64,000 bases of DNA from an uncultured Spirochaetota bacterium (GCA_963820525.1 CAWGAA010000003.1:320001-384000); one strand, 5' to 3'. Shown: positions 35,506 to 46,181, counted from the first letter of the stretch. Program-made: numbers and translations. The notes: generated from the letters alone by a model not told the origin.

Positions 35506-35876
35506 ATAAGGGCTGCCCTTGCGGGCAGCTTTTATTATCGATGCAGAGCCGCTCTCGCGGGTTTCCCCATGGAAACCGCGGGATTGACTTCGAAGCTCGC
35601 TCACCGCCACCGCTGACGTGCGGACGGCTCGCTCGCTTCTCGCAGTGCCCTCAGGCACCACGTTGACCCGTTCTCTCTTCTCTCCCCTTCCCTATTCCTG
35701 TCAAAGACCGGTGCCGTGGCTCTCCACGGCGGGCCCAACATCCGTTTCTTGGAACCGGCGCCGGACCTTGGCTGCGCCCCAAAGCCCCTTTCGGTGCCCT
35801 TGACGCGCCAATCTCAAGGACGGCTCTCCCCCCCTCTGAAACTGCCAGGGGATCGCGCACCCTTGAGGCAAGAACG

Positions 35877-35905
35877 AGTATAACCACACCGGGAACAATT
35901 GTCAA
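35877..35905 (-). promoter_or_regulatory. rRNA operon promoter
   Basis: TTGACA-N17-TATACT; boxA-like TCTTTGACA at about 35699-35708 and 33718-33728. Confidence 0.85.
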
Positions 35906-36474
35906 CTGCTTTTCTTGAGAAAGTTCCTTAAAAATGCTCCGTAATCGGCCAAAGTCCAAAGAGCAACGGCTCCGCAAGCCAGGAAAAGAACGAATGCCGC
36001 CGTTCGGGCCAAACTCATATATGGGCTTCCCCAGCCGAGCTTGTCCATGGTGAGAAGCGCAATTCCAGCCCCTCCGCCCACCCCGTAGACCCAGGCCTTG
36101 AGCTTTCCGCTCAAACGCGCTGCAAGCATCACCCCTTGCCGCGAGACCACCACCCTGAGGTAGGAGACCGCCACGTCCCGATAGACCAAAAGCAGAAGAA
36201 TCCAGAGCGGTAGATACCCGGATCCAGCGAAACATATGAAGTAGGTGATTCTGCTAATGGAATCGGCAAAAGGATCCAGCACTTTACCGATTTCGGACTC
36301 CTGTTTCAAAGCCCTTGCCATGTGTCCATCGAGGAGATCCGAAGCCTCAATGAGCGCGAAGACGCCCCAGAGCGCAAAGACTGCCGCAGACCCGCTCCCG
36401 GCGGAAGAATAGAGGATGAAGAAGATCGGAGCGAGAACGATCCTCCCGACGGTGAGGGCCATGGGCAAAGTCAT
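35902..36474 (-). CDS. pgsA: CDP-diacylglycerol--glycerol-3-phosphate phosphatidyltransferase
   Basis: DLLDGHMAR..GKVLDPFAD; GKLKA. Confidence 0.8.
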   Translation of the reverse strand: MTLPMALTVGRIVLAPIFFILYSSAGSGSAAVFALWGVFALIEASDLLDGHMARALKQESEIGKVLDPFADSISRITYFICFAGSGYLPLWILLLLVYRDVAVSYLRVVVSRQGVMLAARLSGKLKAWVYGVGGGAGIALLTMDKLGWGSPYMSLARTAAFVLFLACGAVALWTLADYGAFLRNFLKKSS

Positions 36475-36555
36475 GGAGCCATAATAGTTTTCTAGCGTCG
36501 TTCGTCAATCGGTGCCGGCGCGTCCGGCGGCGAGCCGAACGCCGGAAACTCGCGC

Positions 36556-36705
36556 TTATCCGCCGATGCCCTCTCTTCTTCGATGGGCCGGAGCGTTTTT
36601 GAACGCGGCGAGCGCGGCGGCCACGCAGTGCTTGCAGAAGATGTCGCGGCGTTTCGTTGTGCAGGTGCACTCCCATGCCAAGCCCAACGGCGTCACGGTC
36701 GCCAT
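36556..36705 (-). CDS. 49-aa SWIM-type zinc finger protein (not in the ORF track)
   Basis: MATVTPLGLAWECTCTTKRRDIFCKHCVAAALAAF..; CxC-x8-CxH; RBS AGGGAG. Confidence 0.55.
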   Translation of the reverse strand: MATVTPLGLAWECTCTTKRRDIFCKHCVAAALAAFKNAPAHRRREGIGG

Positions 36706-36823
36706 GAATATTCTCCCTAGAGTGAAAAGTAATGAAAAAAGGGCGTTGCGGCCGCGAAAATGGCATGATCGGCATCCACCGCGAGCTTGACATCACAGGT
36801 GCCGCCCTCTTACAGTGCCTCCG

Positions 36824-37606
36824 ATGGCAGCGAACAAATCCTTGAAGAGGAGCATCGCATTCCTGCTCTCGTCGCTGTGCATCGCGCAGCTCGTCATCTT
36901 CGCGGCCATCCTTCTCGGCTACGGGATACGCTTGAGGGAGCTGGGCTTGTTCGCTGGTGTGACGGTCGCTTACCATGCCGCGCTTTCCCTGTTTCTAACT
37001 TGGCGAAGCGACGATTTCCGAGTCGACGGCACCTCCCAGGTCCTCTCGAGGGTCAATCCTCCAAACTCCCTGACAATCGCCCGGCTGAGCTCCATCCCCA
37101 CGGCATTGTTCCTCATCCTTCTCTCCCGCAGGATCCAGCTCCTTCCCGTAGCCTTGCCGTACCTCGGCCTCGTATTCCTCACGGATTTCCTCGACGGGGC
37201 GCTCGCCAGAAAAAGGAAGGAAATAACCCTCGTAGGAAGATACCTGGATTCGGTGAGCGACTACCTCATCATCATTGCCACGTCCATTGTTTTCATCGCC
37301 TTCTCCCTCATCCCCCTCTGGTTTTTCATCCTCGTCCTTGCCCGTCTGGTGCTTTTTGCGTTCATGATGGGTCTCGCCGCCCTGAAGCAGGGCAAGGCAA
37401 GCCCTATGAGCACCTTCTTCGGCAAGGCATCAATCTTCGCCGTCATGGTGCTCTACCTTCTGGAGGTGGCGCAATACTTCGGGATTCCCTTCATCGGAGA
37501 CCGCCTCGTGGTGCGGATCGTGGAGTACGCGGCTGCAGCCGTCATTGGAGTTTCATTCGTTGACAAGGCGATCTTCCTGAGAAAGCTCTTTGCCGGCTTG
37601 ATTTGA
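36824..37606 (+). CDS. CDP-alcohol phosphatidyltransferase family protein
   Basis: PNSLTIARL, TDFLDGALAR..GRYLDSVSD. Confidence 0.85.
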   Translation: MAANKSLKRSIAFLLSSLCIAQLVIFAAILLGYGIRLRELGLFAGVTVAYHAALSLFLTWRSDDFRVDGTSQVLSRVNPPNSLTIARLSSIPTALFLILLSRRIQLLPVALPYLGLVFLTDFLDGALARKRKEITLVGRYLDSVSDYLIIIATSIVFIAFSLIPLWFFILVLARLVLFAFMMGLAALKQGKASPMSTFFGKASIFAVMVLYLLEVAQYFGIPFIGDRLVVRIVEYAAAAVIGVSFVDKAIFLRKLFAGLI

Positions 37607-37682
37607 GCGTGGCCTGCCCCCGACGTGAGCGGGCCCGGCACCGGTCCAGCCGTCCTGGAGCGGTAGAGGCTCTGCCCCCGCC

Positions 37683-38504
37683 TCACAGGTTGAGTGGCAC
37701 TACCTCGACGCCCCCGTCGTTCTGGACCCGGATCGAGTAGGAGGCGAGCTCGCGGGCTTTCTTCATATCCACCTCGATCTGGACCGACTTCACGCCGGGA
37801 ATTCCTTTTTCATTATTTTCGAAGAACGAATAGACGGCCTCCGCTATGCCGGAGGGGTTTCCAAAATAGAAATCCGTGTTCCCTTGCCGAAAGACAGTCT
37901 TGTCCCCTTCCCGTATGGCGCGGAAGGAGGTTACGCCGACAAAGCGATACCAGGTCTTGGCGCCGAGAAACACCCAGGAATCGTCGAAAATCACCACTTT
38001 GACGATGGGGGCGAAGTAGCCGCCTTCCATGTCGAGCATCTTTGCCTCGCCCTTTTCGGGGATGAGCTCGAGCTTCATGCGGGAATCGGTCGCGCCGATG
38101 ACGCGCACCGTCGCGATTTCGGTCTCTCCCGTGAAAGCCTGGAGGCTTCTGAGAAACAGCCCCGTGACCATCACGAGAAGCGCGGCCAGGAGAATGACGG
38201 GGATCCCGAGCGCTTTCTTGAACCGGAGCGCGAAAAACGAAACACCCGCCGCCCCGACGGCGAGGTATGCCAGCCGGACATCCCGGATCTTCTCCGGCCC
38301 GGGGATGAGCACGGCGGCGAGGCCCAAAAGGATCGCGGCCGAAAGGTAGAGGCAGACAAAGACCCATTTCCAGGTCCTCGCCCTCTCCGGCTCGGCTTTT
38401 CGGCCCGTGGACATCGTTGCCCTGCTGAGCGCGGCTGCGAAAGCGATGGCGCCGAGAAAGACCCATGGGAATGGACTCGCCACGAACGCAATCCCCGTGA
38501 ACAT
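37683..38504 (-). CDS. Hypothetical membrane protein
   Basis: About 4 N-terminal TM segments; host-like codon usage; operonic position. Confidence 0.7.
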   Translation of the reverse strand: MFTGIAFVASPFPWVFLGAIAFAAALSRATMSTGRKAEPERARTWKWVFVCLYLSAAILLGLAAVLIPGPEKIRDVRLAYLAVGAAGVSFFALRFKKALGIPVILLAALLVMVTGLFLRSLQAFTGETEIATVRVIGATDSRMKLELIPEKGEAKMLDMEGGYFAPIVKVVIFDDSWVFLGAKTWYRFVGVTSFRAIREGDKTVFRQGNTDFYFGNPSGIAEAVYSFFENNEKGIPGVKSVQIEVDMKKARELASYSIRVQNDGGVEVVPLNL

Positions 38505-38538
38505 GAGAATCCCCCTCGCCTGCGGGGCGAGCCCCGCA

Positions 38539-39873
38539 TCAATGATATCTGTACGCGCTCCCGCCGATGAACTCCCGCAGGAGCGAGGTTTGCGGAACCA
38601 GGCTCTCGTCGCTCACGGTGGGGATCTGAGAGAACATATCCATGACCCGGGCCGACCTCTCGTAGGCATCCTTCCTCTCGGGGTCCGCCCGAAACTCGTC
38701 CAGGAGCGGGGCCAGGTGACTCTCGACCCTGTTCTTCATAAAGGGAAGCTCGTAGGGCAGGAAGCCGTTGACGATCACGTGGGCCCTCTTGAGCTCGGGG
38801 ACGATGTAGCGAAGCTCCGCCCTGCGCACCAGGTGCCAGTGGCGGATGGTTTCCCTCGGAGAGTAGTTTCGAAACTGCATGTCGCGCACCATGCGGCGAA
38901 GGAGCCGAACGTCGGCCCACCTGATGTAGCGCTTCTCCCTGTCCTTCAGGGCGGAAAGGGTCTCGATATAGAGGCGGAACTTCATCCGTTCGGGCACACG
39001 TGATGTCATTTCTGGGAAGAGCCCGTGAAGCGAGTCGATGAGGAGAACCTGGTTGCCGCCAAGGGAAAGAGTTTCCGCCGTCCCTTCGCGTTTGCCCGTC
39101 TTGAAGTTGTAATGCGGCACGGAAACAGGCTTTCCCTCGATGATCGCCGTGAGGTGCTCGTTGATCAGCGGGAGATCCAGGGCCTGGGGGGTCTCGAAGT
39201 CATAGTCGTCCTGCCCGATCCTGGGGTGGTAGGCGAGGTCGAAGAAATAGTTGTCCACGGTCAAGGGCACCGTGTCCAGCCCGGCGGCCGAGAGCTTCTC
39301 TCGGATCTTGATCGTGGTCGTGGTCTTCCCCGACGATGAAGGCCCGGCAATGATCACGATTTTAAGTCCATCCCTGCGCTCGAGGATCCGCTGGGCGGCA
39401 TCTTCCAGCTCGTTCTCGTAGAACCCATCGCTGGCGCGGATGAGATCCGGCAGCTTCCCCGCGTTCACGATCGCGGAGAGCTGTTCGAGCGTGACGCAGT
39501 CATTGTCCGTGGCCCATGAGAGCGCCTGCCAGAGCTTGCGGTAGGGGATGTTCTCCGCCGAATAGGTGAGGCTCTCCCTGCCCGCGCGCTTGAGGGCGTG
39601 TTCGTATCGATAGACGATGTATGCCTTGGCCGTGCGGGCATGCCCGCGCTCGATGAGGGCCTTCTCCACGAGGTCCTGCACCTCCTCGACGGTCGGAAAC
39701 GTCCCCCGATCCTGCATCGATTCGAGCATTGCCAGGACGTCGTCGGTGACCCTCTCCGCCTCCTCCTTGTCCCTTCCCCCAACGGAGATCGCCGCCCGAT
39801 AGACCGCGGAGGTGATCTTCTCGCGCTTGAAGTCGACGAGCCTGCCGTCACGCGTTATGATCTTGTCGATCAT
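38539..39873 (-). CDS. ATP-cone domain plus uridine/nucleoside kinase family protein
   Basis: IITRDGRLVDFKREKI..VEEVQDLVEKAL..AKAYIVYR; AGPSSSGKTT; RLLRRMVRD. Confidence 0.85.
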   Translation of the reverse strand: MIDKIITRDGRLVDFKREKITSAVYRAAISVGGRDKEEAERVTDDVLAMLESMQDRGTFPTVEEVQDLVEKALIERGHARTAKAYIVYRYEHALKRAGRESLTYSAENIPYRKLWQALSWATDNDCVTLEQLSAIVNAGKLPDLIRASDGFYENELEDAAQRILERRDGLKIVIIAGPSSSGKTTTTIKIREKLSAAGLDTVPLTVDNYFFDLAYHPRIGQDDYDFETPQALDLPLINEHLTAIIEGKPVSVPHYNFKTGKREGTAETLSLGGNQVLLIDSLHGLFPEMTSRVPERMKFRLYIETLSALKDREKRYIRWADVRLLRRMVRDMQFRNYSPRETIRHWHLVRRAELRYIVPELKRAHVIVNGFLPYELPFMKNRVESHLAPLLDEFRADPERKDAYERSARVMDMFSQIPTVSDESLVPQTSLLREFIGGSAYRYH

Positions 39874-39877
39874 GCTG

Positions 39878-41620
39878 CTACTCCAGCGATTTCAGCGCCG
39901 TCTCCTTCTCCATGAGGGCGAGGAACTCTTCCAGGGGGACCATGTTCTTCTGCTCCCCGCTTCGGGAACGCAGCGACACGGCTCCCGCCTGCTGTTCCTT
40001 TTCCCCGAGGATCAGCATGTAGGGGATCTTCTGGTTCTGGGCGTTCCTGATCTTCGCGTTCATCCGCTCGTCCCCCTTGTCCGCCACAGCCCGGACTTCT
40101 CGCGCCTTCAGCGCGCCCACAACCCGGTCAGCGAAGTCGTTGAACGGCGCGGCGACGGGAATCGCGGCCACCTGCACCGGCGCGAGCCACGTCGGGAAAG
40201 CGCCGCCGTAGTGCTCGATGAGCACGCCGAAGAACCTCTCCAGCGATCCCAGGAGCGCCCGGTGTACCATGAAGGGCCGCTTCTGCGTATTGTCCGCCGC
40301 CACGTAGGTCATTTCGAAGCGCGCGCTCATGTTGAAGTCGAACTGGATCGTGGTCATCTGCCACTCGCGGCCAAGCGCATCCTTGATCTTGAGGTCGATC
40401 TTGGGCCCATAGAACGCCCCGCCGCCTTCGTCCAGCACGTAGGGAAGCTTCTCCGCATCGATGGCCTTCTTGAGCGAAGAGATCGCCTTGTCCCAGCTCT
40501 GGTCGTCGCCCACTGCCCCGGCCGGCTTGGTGGCGAGGTACGCCTTTACGTCCTCGAAGCCGAACGCCTTCCAGATCTTCAGCGAGAAGCGGAGGACCTC
40601 CAGGATCTCGTCCTCGATCTGCTCCTGGGTGCAGATGATGTGCGCATCGTCCTGCGTGAAGCCACGCACGCGCATCAGCCCGTGCAGGACTCCGGAGCGC
40701 TCGTAGCGGTACACGGTCCCCAGCTCAGCCCAGCGCAGCGGCAGATCACGGTACGAGCGCAGCTGGCTCTTGTAGATCATGATGTGGAAGGGGCAGTTCA
40801 TCGGCTTGAGGTAGTAGTTCACCTCGTCGATGGAAAGGGGCGAATACATGTTCTCGGCATAGAATCCCAGGTGACCGGAGGTCTCCCAGAGCCAGGACTT
40901 GCCGATGTGCGGTGTATAGAGGATCTCGTAGCCGTTCTTTAGATGCTCGCGCCGCCAGAAATCTTCTATTGTCAGGCGGACCCGCGCGCCTTTCGGGTGC
41001 CAGTAGATGAGCCCCGCTCCCGCCTCCTCGTGAGTGGAGAAGAGGTCCAGCTCCTTGCCCAGCCTCCTGTGGTCGCGCTTCTCGATTTCCTCCATCCGCT
41101 TGAGGTGTGCCTCGAGATCCTTCTTCGATTCCCAGGCGGTCCCGTAAATCCGCTGGAGCTGGGCGTTCTTCTCGTCGCCCCGCCAGTAGGCGCCGGCAAC
41201 CTTTGTGAGCTTGAAGGCATCCGGGGAAAGCTCCGCCGTGCTCTTCACGTGGGGCCCCCGGCAGAGATCCGTGAAGGTATCCTGCGTATAAGTCGAGATC
41301 TCCTCTCCCTCGGGCAGGTCCTGGATCAGCTCCAGCTTGTAGGGCTGGTCCTTGAAGAGCGAGCGCGCTTCCTTTCTACTGATGCTCTTCCGCGTGAATG
41401 GATGTCTGGCCGCAACGATCTCGCGCATCTTCTCTTCGAGCGTGGAGAGATCCTCGGTCTTCAGGGGCCGGGGGAGATCAAAATCGTAGTAGAACCCGTC
41501 TTCGATGGCGGGTCCGATCGCAAGCTTAGCGCCGGGGAACATCTGAAGCACCGCTTCCGCCATGACATGAGAGAAGGAATGGCGGATCTCTGAAAGCCGG
41601 TCGCTCTGAGCGCTTTCCAT
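39878..41620 (-). CDS. thrS: Threonine--tRNA ligase (short form without TGS domain)
   Basis: RHSFSH, DLCRGPH, RDHRRLG, KPMNCPFH, GAFYGPKID. Confidence 0.97.
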   Translation of the reverse strand: MESAQSDRLSEIRHSFSHVMAEAVLQMFPGAKLAIGPAIEDGFYYDFDLPRPLKTEDLSTLEEKMREIVAARHPFTRKSISRKEARSLFKDQPYKLELIQDLPEGEEISTYTQDTFTDLCRGPHVKSTAELSPDAFKLTKVAGAYWRGDEKNAQLQRIYGTAWESKKDLEAHLKRMEEIEKRDHRRLGKELDLFSTHEEAGAGLIYWHPKGARVRLTIEDFWRREHLKNGYEILYTPHIGKSWLWETSGHLGFYAENMYSPLSIDEVNYYLKPMNCPFHIMIYKSQLRSYRDLPLRWAELGTVYRYERSGVLHGLMRVRGFTQDDAHIICTQEQIEDEILEVLRFSLKIWKAFGFEDVKAYLATKPAGAVGDDQSWDKAISSLKKAIDAEKLPYVLDEGGGAFYGPKIDLKIKDALGREWQMTTIQFDFNMSARFEMTYVAADNTQKRPFMVHRALLGSLERFFGVLIEHYGGAFPTWLAPVQVAAIPVAAPFNDFADRVVGALKAREVRAVADKGDERMNAKIRNAQNQKIPYMLILGEKEQQAGAVSLRSRSGEQKNMVPLEEFLALMEKETALKSLE

Positions 41621-41631
41621 GAAAACCTCCT

Positions 41632-42006
41632 AAAAACAAAGCCTTTTTCGGCCGTTCATCCCTGGTCCGCGCCGCGACCTCTCGCGGCGGGCGCATTCAA
41701 GGACGAAAAGCCGAAAAAGGCTTTCCGCGGTTCCACCTTGTTTCGCGCGGCTCTGGAAACCTCACCGCGCGCGCTCGATCAAGCCCGTATCGGGGGCCGG
41801 CCGGCTTCTCATACTCGGCTTCATCGCTCGGTGCCCGCTCACTCGATGCCGCCTTTCCGATAGCTGCTCCGGAGTGGTTTTCGGCGGGTCCCGGTCAGGC
41901 GCCTTCCAGCCCAAGGGGAGTTGGCCGCGCTTGTGCGGCGCCTTCCCGCCCTTTCGGGCGCCCTCTCTCTCGGCCCGGATGACCGCTTACTCGTCTCCTT
42001 CGATGC
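41632..42006 (-). ncRNA. T-box riboswitch, Thr specifier
   Basis: Stem I AGTA..AGAGAG..GCTGGAA..GAA-A-ACC (ACC at 41876-41878); T-box AAGGTGGAACCGCG..TCGTCCTT; terminator hairpin plus U-tract. Confidence 0.85.
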
Positions 42007-42015
42007 GTGAGAACC

Positions 42016-42044
42016 AGTATCGGAAAAAACACCAGGGGTGTCAA
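42016..42044 (-). promoter_or_regulatory. thrS promoter
   Basis: TTGACA-N17-GATACT directly before T-box stem I. Confidence 0.7.
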
Positions 42045-42260
42045 CCCGGCCGCGTCGGCGCGAAGCGCGACACGGCCAGAGGGGGCCCCAGCGCGGCAGC
42101 GGTTTGCGCAGCAAACTGCGGGAGCGCTGGGGATGGTCTGGCGCCCCGGAACGCCGCACCTGCGTCTAACACACCGCGAGCGCGGCTTATGGGGGCCCCA
42201 ACGCGCGGCGCTAAACGCGACATCGCCTGAGCTCGACAATCTCTGTGTCGTTGACACCCC
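42035..42260. repeat. Hairpin-module mosaic bounded by an 11-bp inverted repeat
   Basis: GGGGTGTCAAC/GTTGACACCCC; 42050-42075 is the exact reverse complement of 30273-30298. Confidence 0.7.
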
Positions 42261-42279
42261 CTTGCACCGACACTACACT
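42251..42279 (+). promoter_or_regulatory. Glycosyltransferase promoter (near-leaderless mRNA)
   Basis: TTGACA-N17-TACACT ending 9 nt before the ATG. Confidence 0.7.
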
Positions 42280-42288
42280 TAAAGGCGA

Positions 42289-43428
42289 ATGAATCGCATT
42301 GACATCTACACAATCGATATCGGCGGGGGCCATATTGCGCCCGCCCAGGCAATAAAGGAGCAGTTCGACCTTCTCGGCTACAAGGATCTGGACGTGCGCG
42401 TCGTAAACGTCGGCGTGCAGCTCAACGCGCGCTTCCTGCGCGCCGTCTACAAGATCTATTGGGACTTCGCGCTTCGCTATCCCCCCCTCATCAATGCCTT
42501 CTATAGAGGCGCCGACAACCCCATCATGATGACCGTCCTCGACAGGCTGTTCGGAATCACGTTCCTGCCCCGGTTCATGCACTACCTCGAGAAGCAGAAG
42601 CCGGACCTTGTCCTCTCCACCTACTTCACCTTCACGCACTACCTGGAGATGTTCAAGCGAGTAGGGCAGCTCGACGCAATCACGGTTGCGCTCAACCCGG
42701 AGCCGTTCGACGCTCACTTCATCTGGTTCTCCCACGCCTTCGACTACAGCCTCGTGTTCTCGGGCAAATCACGCGATGAGATCGTCAAAAAAGGGATCTC
42801 GAGGCGAAAGGTGAAGGTCTTCCCGTTTCCCGTCAAGCCCACCTACGCCAAGAGGTGGGAGTCGAAGGAGGAGCTTCGGACAAAGCTGGAGATTGCCCGC
42901 GAGCCTTTCACGTTCCTTTTCGTCTTCGGGGCTGAAGGCAAGGGGCCGGTGAAGAAGTTCCTCGCGGCGCTGGCGCAGCACAAGCTGGACTGCCAGGTCA
43001 TGGTGGTCTGCGGGAAGAACCGCCCTCTTCAGCAGGAGCTGGAAGAGCTGAGCCGAACCTCCAGAGGGGGTCCTCGCATCCGCGTGCGCGGATTCGTCCG
43101 CAACCTGGGGGACTACATCGCGGCCTCGGACGTCGTCGTGGGAAAATCAGGCCCCAATCAGGTATTCGAGACGCTCATTCAAGAGCGGCCGATCATCATC
43201 TCCAGCTTCCTCGCCAATGAAAAACGGACATCGGATTGGGTGCTGGAAAACAGGGTGGGCTGGCTCTGCAGGACTCCCGAGCAGTTCGCGCGGCTTGCCG
43301 CCCGGATCATCACGCATCCCGCAATCCTCGACAGCTACGGCCGGAACATCCGCTCGCTCAACCTGAGGTCCGGAACGCCCGATATCTGCGCCTTCCTCTA
43401 CGATCTTCTCAAGGAGAAGCGGGGGTAG
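42289..43428 (+). CDS. MGDG synthase/UgtP-like glycosyltransferase (GT28)
   Basis: GGGHIAPAQA, VVCGKN, GFV..ASDVVVGKSG..E. Confidence 0.85.
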   Translation: MNRIDIYTIDIGGGHIAPAQAIKEQFDLLGYKDLDVRVVNVGVQLNARFLRAVYKIYWDFALRYPPLINAFYRGADNPIMMTVLDRLFGITFLPRFMHYLEKQKPDLVLSTYFTFTHYLEMFKRVGQLDAITVALNPEPFDAHFIWFSHAFDYSLVFSGKSRDEIVKKGISRRKVKVFPFPVKPTYAKRWESKEELRTKLEIAREPFTFLFVFGAEGKGPVKKFLAALAQHKLDCQVMVVCGKNRPLQQELEELSRTSRGGPRIRVRGFVRNLGDYIAASDVVVGKSGPNQVFETLIQERPIIISSFLANEKRTSDWVLENRVGWLCRTPEQFARLAARIITHPAILDSYGRNIRSLNLRSGTPDICAFLYDLLKEKRG

Positions 43429-43548
43429 GAAGCTCGCCGCGGCGGGGCTTTCGTGGACGAGCCTTTGCCGCCTTGGCGACGAACCGCGGCCGCGCCGACG
43501 GCCTCGGCAGCTTCTCGCGGTACTCACCCAGCCCGGGCCGCTCCCCGC

Positions 43549-45528
43549 TCAGAGCCCGGCTATCTTTTTTGCGAGCGCTTCAGCGGTGATTCCGAGGTGC
43601 TCGGCAAGCTTCTGGCAAGGGGCCGACTCGCCGAAGCGGTCAACGCATACCGTGAGAACCGAATCGTCGAAGGGGCTCTTCCAGCCCATGGACACGCCTG
43701 CCTCGAAGACGACCTTCTTCGCCTTTAGAGGCACCAGCGCCGACCGGAAAGCGGCATCCTGGGCGAGGAAGAGCTCGCGCGAGATCATCGACACGACGCG
43801 GATCTTCTTCTTGGGCAGGGACTCGGCGGCCTTCACGGCCGCGTGCACCTCTGAGCCCGTGGAGACGATCACGATCTGGGGCTCGCCCGCGCAATCCCGC
43901 GCGACGTATGCGCCGCGGCGAATCGTCTCCCTCCACCGGGCATCGGCTTTGGCGAGGATGGGAAGCCCCTGACGGGTTAGGGCGAGCGCGGTGGGGCCGT
44001 CGAGCCTCTCGTAGGCCATGCGCCATGCCATCTCCGTCTCTTCCCCGTCCGCCGGCCTCAGGACCCGGAGGTTGGGAATGGCGCGCAGGCTCGCCACGTG
44101 TTCCACCGGCTCGTGCGTGGGCCCATCCTCACCGACGAACACCGAGTCGTGGGTGAGAACGTAGATGACGGGAAGCTTGGCGATGGCCGCCACCCGTATC
44201 GACGGCCGCATGTAGTCGGAGAAGACGAGGAACGTGGCGCAGAAGGGCCGAAGTCCGCCATGATAGGCCATCCCGTTGGCGATGGCCGCCATGCCGTGCT
44301 CCCGGATGCCGAAGTGGAAGTTGCGCCCCAGGGGATTGGCTTTGGAGAAATCCCCCATGTCCTTGAGGTTGGTGCTGTTCGACGGCGCCAGATCGGCCGA
44401 GCCGCCGAAGAGGTTGGGCACCAGCGCGGCAAGAGCGTTCAGCACCTTCCCGCCGGCCGCCCGGGTGGCCGGGCTCTCGCCCTGCTTGAACTCGGCGAGG
44501 GCGGCTTCGGGAAGCTCGAGGCGGGGCTGCTCCACCCACTTCCGCCACTCCTCGAAGAGCTCGGGGTTCTCCTTCTTCCACGCCTCGAAGCTCTTCTTCC
44601 ACTCATCATGGCGCGATTTCAGGCACGGGGTCTTCTCATTGAAGTAGGCGCGCGCCTCGGGAAGAACGTGGAACTGGCAGCCCTCGGGGAGCCCGAGGGC
44701 TGCCTTGGCCGCCTTCACCTCGTCGGCCCCCAGGGGCTCTCCGTGGACCTTGGAGGATCCCGCCTTGTTCGGCGCCCCCTTGCCGATGATCGACTCCAGA
44801 CGGATTATGCTGGGCTTGTCCGTGACGCGCCGCGCTTCATCCGCGAGCCGTACGATGCCTTCCAGGTCGTACATGGAGCCGGACAGCGTGTGCCATCCGT
44901 ACCCGTGGAAGCGGGCCAGCACGTCCTCGGAGAACGCGAGGTCCGTGGAGCCTTCTATCGTGATCCTGTTGGAGTCGTAGAAAACGATGAGCTTTCCCAA
45001 TCCCAGATGGCCCGCCAGGGAAGCGGCCTCCGAAGCCACCCCTTCCATCATGTCGCCGTCGCTCGCCAGGACATAGGTGTAGTGGTCGATGATCGCGCGG
45101 CCGGGGGTGTTGAAACGGGCGGCCAGTATCCGCTCCGCAATGGCCATGCCCACAGCGTTGGACAGCCCCTGGCCCAGGGGGCCTCCCGTCGCCTCGACGC
45201 CCGGCGTCAGACCCCACTCGGGGTGGCCGGGAGTGATGGAGCCGAGCTGGCGGAATGACATCAGGTCCTCGAGGCTCACCGCGTAGCCGGAAAGGTGGAG
45301 GGCCGAGTAGAGGAGCATGGAGCCATGACCGGCGGAGAGCACGAACCGGTCCCTGTCGATCCAAGCTGGATCGGCGGGATCGTGCTTGAGAATCTCTCCG
45401 TAGAGCACCGCTCCGAGCTCGGCGCAGCCCATGGGGAGCCCGGGGTGCCCGGATTTGGCTTTTTCCACGCCGTCCATCGCGAGGGAGCGAATGGAGGTAG
45501 CGACCGCGGAAAGCTGTTTCGTGTTCAT
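43549..45528 (-). CDS. tkt: Transketolase
   Basis: [36 protein letters not shown]. Confidence 0.97.
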   Translation of the reverse strand: MNTKQLSAVATSIRSLAMDGVEKAKSGHPGLPMGCAELGAVLYGEILKHDPADPAWIDRDRFVLSAGHGSMLLYSALHLSGYAVSLEDLMSFRQLGSITPGHPEWGLTPGVEATGGPLGQGLSNAVGMAIAERILAARFNTPGRAIIDHYTYVLASDGDMMEGVASEAASLAGHLGLGKLIVFYDSNRITIEGSTDLAFSEDVLARFHGYGWHTLSGSMYDLEGIVRLADEARRVTDKPSIIRLESIIGKGAPNKAGSSKVHGEPLGADEVKAAKAALGLPEGCQFHVLPEARAYFNEKTPCLKSRHDEWKKSFEAWKKENPELFEEWRKWVEQPRLELPEAALAEFKQGESPATRAAGGKVLNALAALVPNLFGGSADLAPSNSTNLKDMGDFSKANPLGRNFHFGIREHGMAAIANGMAYHGGLRPFCATFLVFSDYMRPSIRVAAIAKLPVIYVLTHDSVFVGEDGPTHEPVEHVASLRAIPNLRVLRPADGEETEMAWRMAYERLDGPTALALTRQGLPILAKADARWRETIRRGAYVARDCAGEPQIVIVSTGSEVHAAVKAAESLPKKKIRVVSMISRELFLAQDAAFRSALVPLKAKKVVFEAGVSMGWKSPFDDSVLTVCVDRFGESAPCQKLAEHLGITAEALAKKIAGL

Positions 45529-46181
45529 CTTTTTCTCCAGAGAATCGTGGATGTGCCGCCTTCGATCCGCACCAGCGCGTAGCGGCCGCTCTTGTAGGGT
45601 CCGATATTGAGGCAGAGGGTCCGGCCCACCGTGTCCTCCCCCGAAGACTCGTGGATGTGGCCGCTAATGCACAGGTGGGGTTCCCGCACCCGGATGAACT
45701 CCAGGACTTCGAGGGAGCCGACGTGCATGCCCGTGAAGCTCCTGTCGAGCTTCGTATCCTTCGGCGGAGCGTGGGAAATCAGGATGCGGAAATCCCTGTC
45801 CGCGATCTCGGCGTGACCCCTCTCCAGAAGGCTGCGTGCCTCGTCCGCCGCGATCTCGAAGGGAGTGTGAAAGGGAGAAGGATTGCTCCCGCCCAGGCCG
45901 TGAAACCCGACCGGGCCAATGGCGATCCCGCGGCCGTGGATATCGATTCCCCGCTCCTGGAGGAAGCGCTGAACCCCTTCGCCGTCCATGTTTCCCGCCA
46001 CCGCCACCACGGGCTTGCCCGACTCGACAAGAGGGGCGAGCACTTTCTCCGCCTCCGCATATCCGCCGAGGTGGGTCACGTCTCCCGCGACGACAATGAC
46101 ATCCGCGTCGGTCGCCGCGGAGAGAACTTCTCCAAGCCCCTTGCTCTCACCATGGATGTCGGAAATGCACAGGAGGACCAT
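45525..46181 (-). CDS. Metallophosphoesterase
   Basis: DIHG, GD, GNMD, SHAPP, GHIHE. Confidence 0.9.
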   Translation of the reverse strand: MVLLCISDIHGESKGLGEVLSAATDADVIVVAGDVTHLGGYAEAEKVLAPLVESGKPVVAVAGNMDGEGVQRFLQERGIDIHGRGIAIGPVGFHGLGGSNPSPFHTPFEIAADEARSLLERGHAEIADRDFRILISHAPPKDTKLDRSFTGMHVGSLEVLEFIRVREPHLCISGHIHESSGEDTVGRTLCLNIGPYKSGRYALVRIEGGTSTILWRKR

